Below are positions 63,500 to 64,000 of a stretch of DNA of 64,000 nucleotides, piece by piece; the first letter of the stretch is position 1, and each line of letters begins with the position of its first letter. Position numbers and translations under genes: made by a program. This stretch comes from Sphyrna mokarran (Eukaryota), in contig JAGIQG010000013.1 in assembly GCA_024679065.1 (NCBI GenBank), positions 35,030,001 through 35,094,000 of the forward strand, given 5' to 3'. A model generated the notes under the pieces. The model was not told the origin of the DNA. It saw nothing but the letters and a program-made list of their open reading frames with translations, and did not search any database.

Positions 63500-63700
63500 A
63501 AGGCTTATCTCAATTGGTAGCATGCTCATCTCGGAATCAGAAGGTGGTGGGGTGAAGTCCCACTCTACCAAGTAATCTAAGGCTGTCATATCAGTGTAGG
63601 AATGAGTGAGGTTCCTTTGGTAGAAGAATCCACCTTTCAGATCAGACGGAAACCAAGGCTTTATATTCTCTGTAGAATGGACTCAAAATGTTGGGTGGAA
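63500..63700 (+). mobile_element. Degenerate tRNA-head Deu-type SINE (another at about 24240-24450)
   Basis: tRNA-like head followed by ggctgtcatatcagtgtagg...ctttcagatcagacggaaaccaagg, resembling the Deu-domain start. Confidence 0.5.
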
Positions 63701-63915
63701 TACTCAAAAAAATTCTAAGTGCTGAATTCGCTTAAAAACTGTAGTAAATCACACTGTCTTTTTTCCCCAGCAGGATTTTGAAAATGAATCTCCCCCACTC
63801 TGTGCATCACAGAGAGCCCTACTGTGTATCTAATTAAAAAGCTCTGGGTAAGGCCTATTCCCACTGCAGAGGCTGCATCATAGCATTGAACGAGCCACTG
63901 TGCATTCTCTGATCT

Positions 63916-64000
63916 GATGTGGAAATGCCGGCGTTGGATTGGGGTCAACACACTAAGAATTCCAACAACACTAGATTTAAGTCCAACCGATTAATTTGAT
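63916..64000 (-). mobile_element. 3' terminus of another, related Penelope-like element (runs off the window)
   Basis: gatgtggaaatgccggcgttggattggggt...aagaatt...tccaaccgattaatttgat aligns with 11564-11652. Confidence 0.7.

Overview
Eukaryotic, repeat-rich vertebrate DNA. The V-SINE/HE1-type SINEs, Deu-type SINEs and CR1, Rex1/Babar, L2 and Penelope-like LINEs point to a cartilaginous fish (shark); this is inferred from repeat content. All features were read by eye. (1) A complete 6-coding-exon TRIM45 on the minus strand (62465->28325; 1716 nt = 571 aa + stop, all GT-AG junctions in frame). (2) Just downstream of TRIM45, also minus, an immunoglobulin-superfamily gene I cannot name. It has a leader exon (21860-21827), a single exon encoding a germline-joined V+J-like domain (21695-21342, no RSS), a likely 30-nt hinge microexon (7841-7812) and a TCR-alpha/delta-like connecting-peptide/transmembrane exon (2669-2524: stalk Cys, NLSV, intramembrane Arg, no tail). 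A PU.1/IRF composite motif lies about 70 nt upstream of its ATG. A decayed V-J plus C1-like sequence faces it head-to-head on the plus strand (about 23190-24120), and decayed hinge/TM exon copies may lie in its intron. The same intron holds a nested transposon stack: a TIR element contains a full-length CR1, which contains an inverted CR1 3' copy and a Penelope-like element with two hammerhead ribozymes. A TRIM45 intron carries a Rex1/Babar copy with massive strand-specific A>G hypermutation. Most short ORFs in the supplied track are TE fragments or antisense noise.
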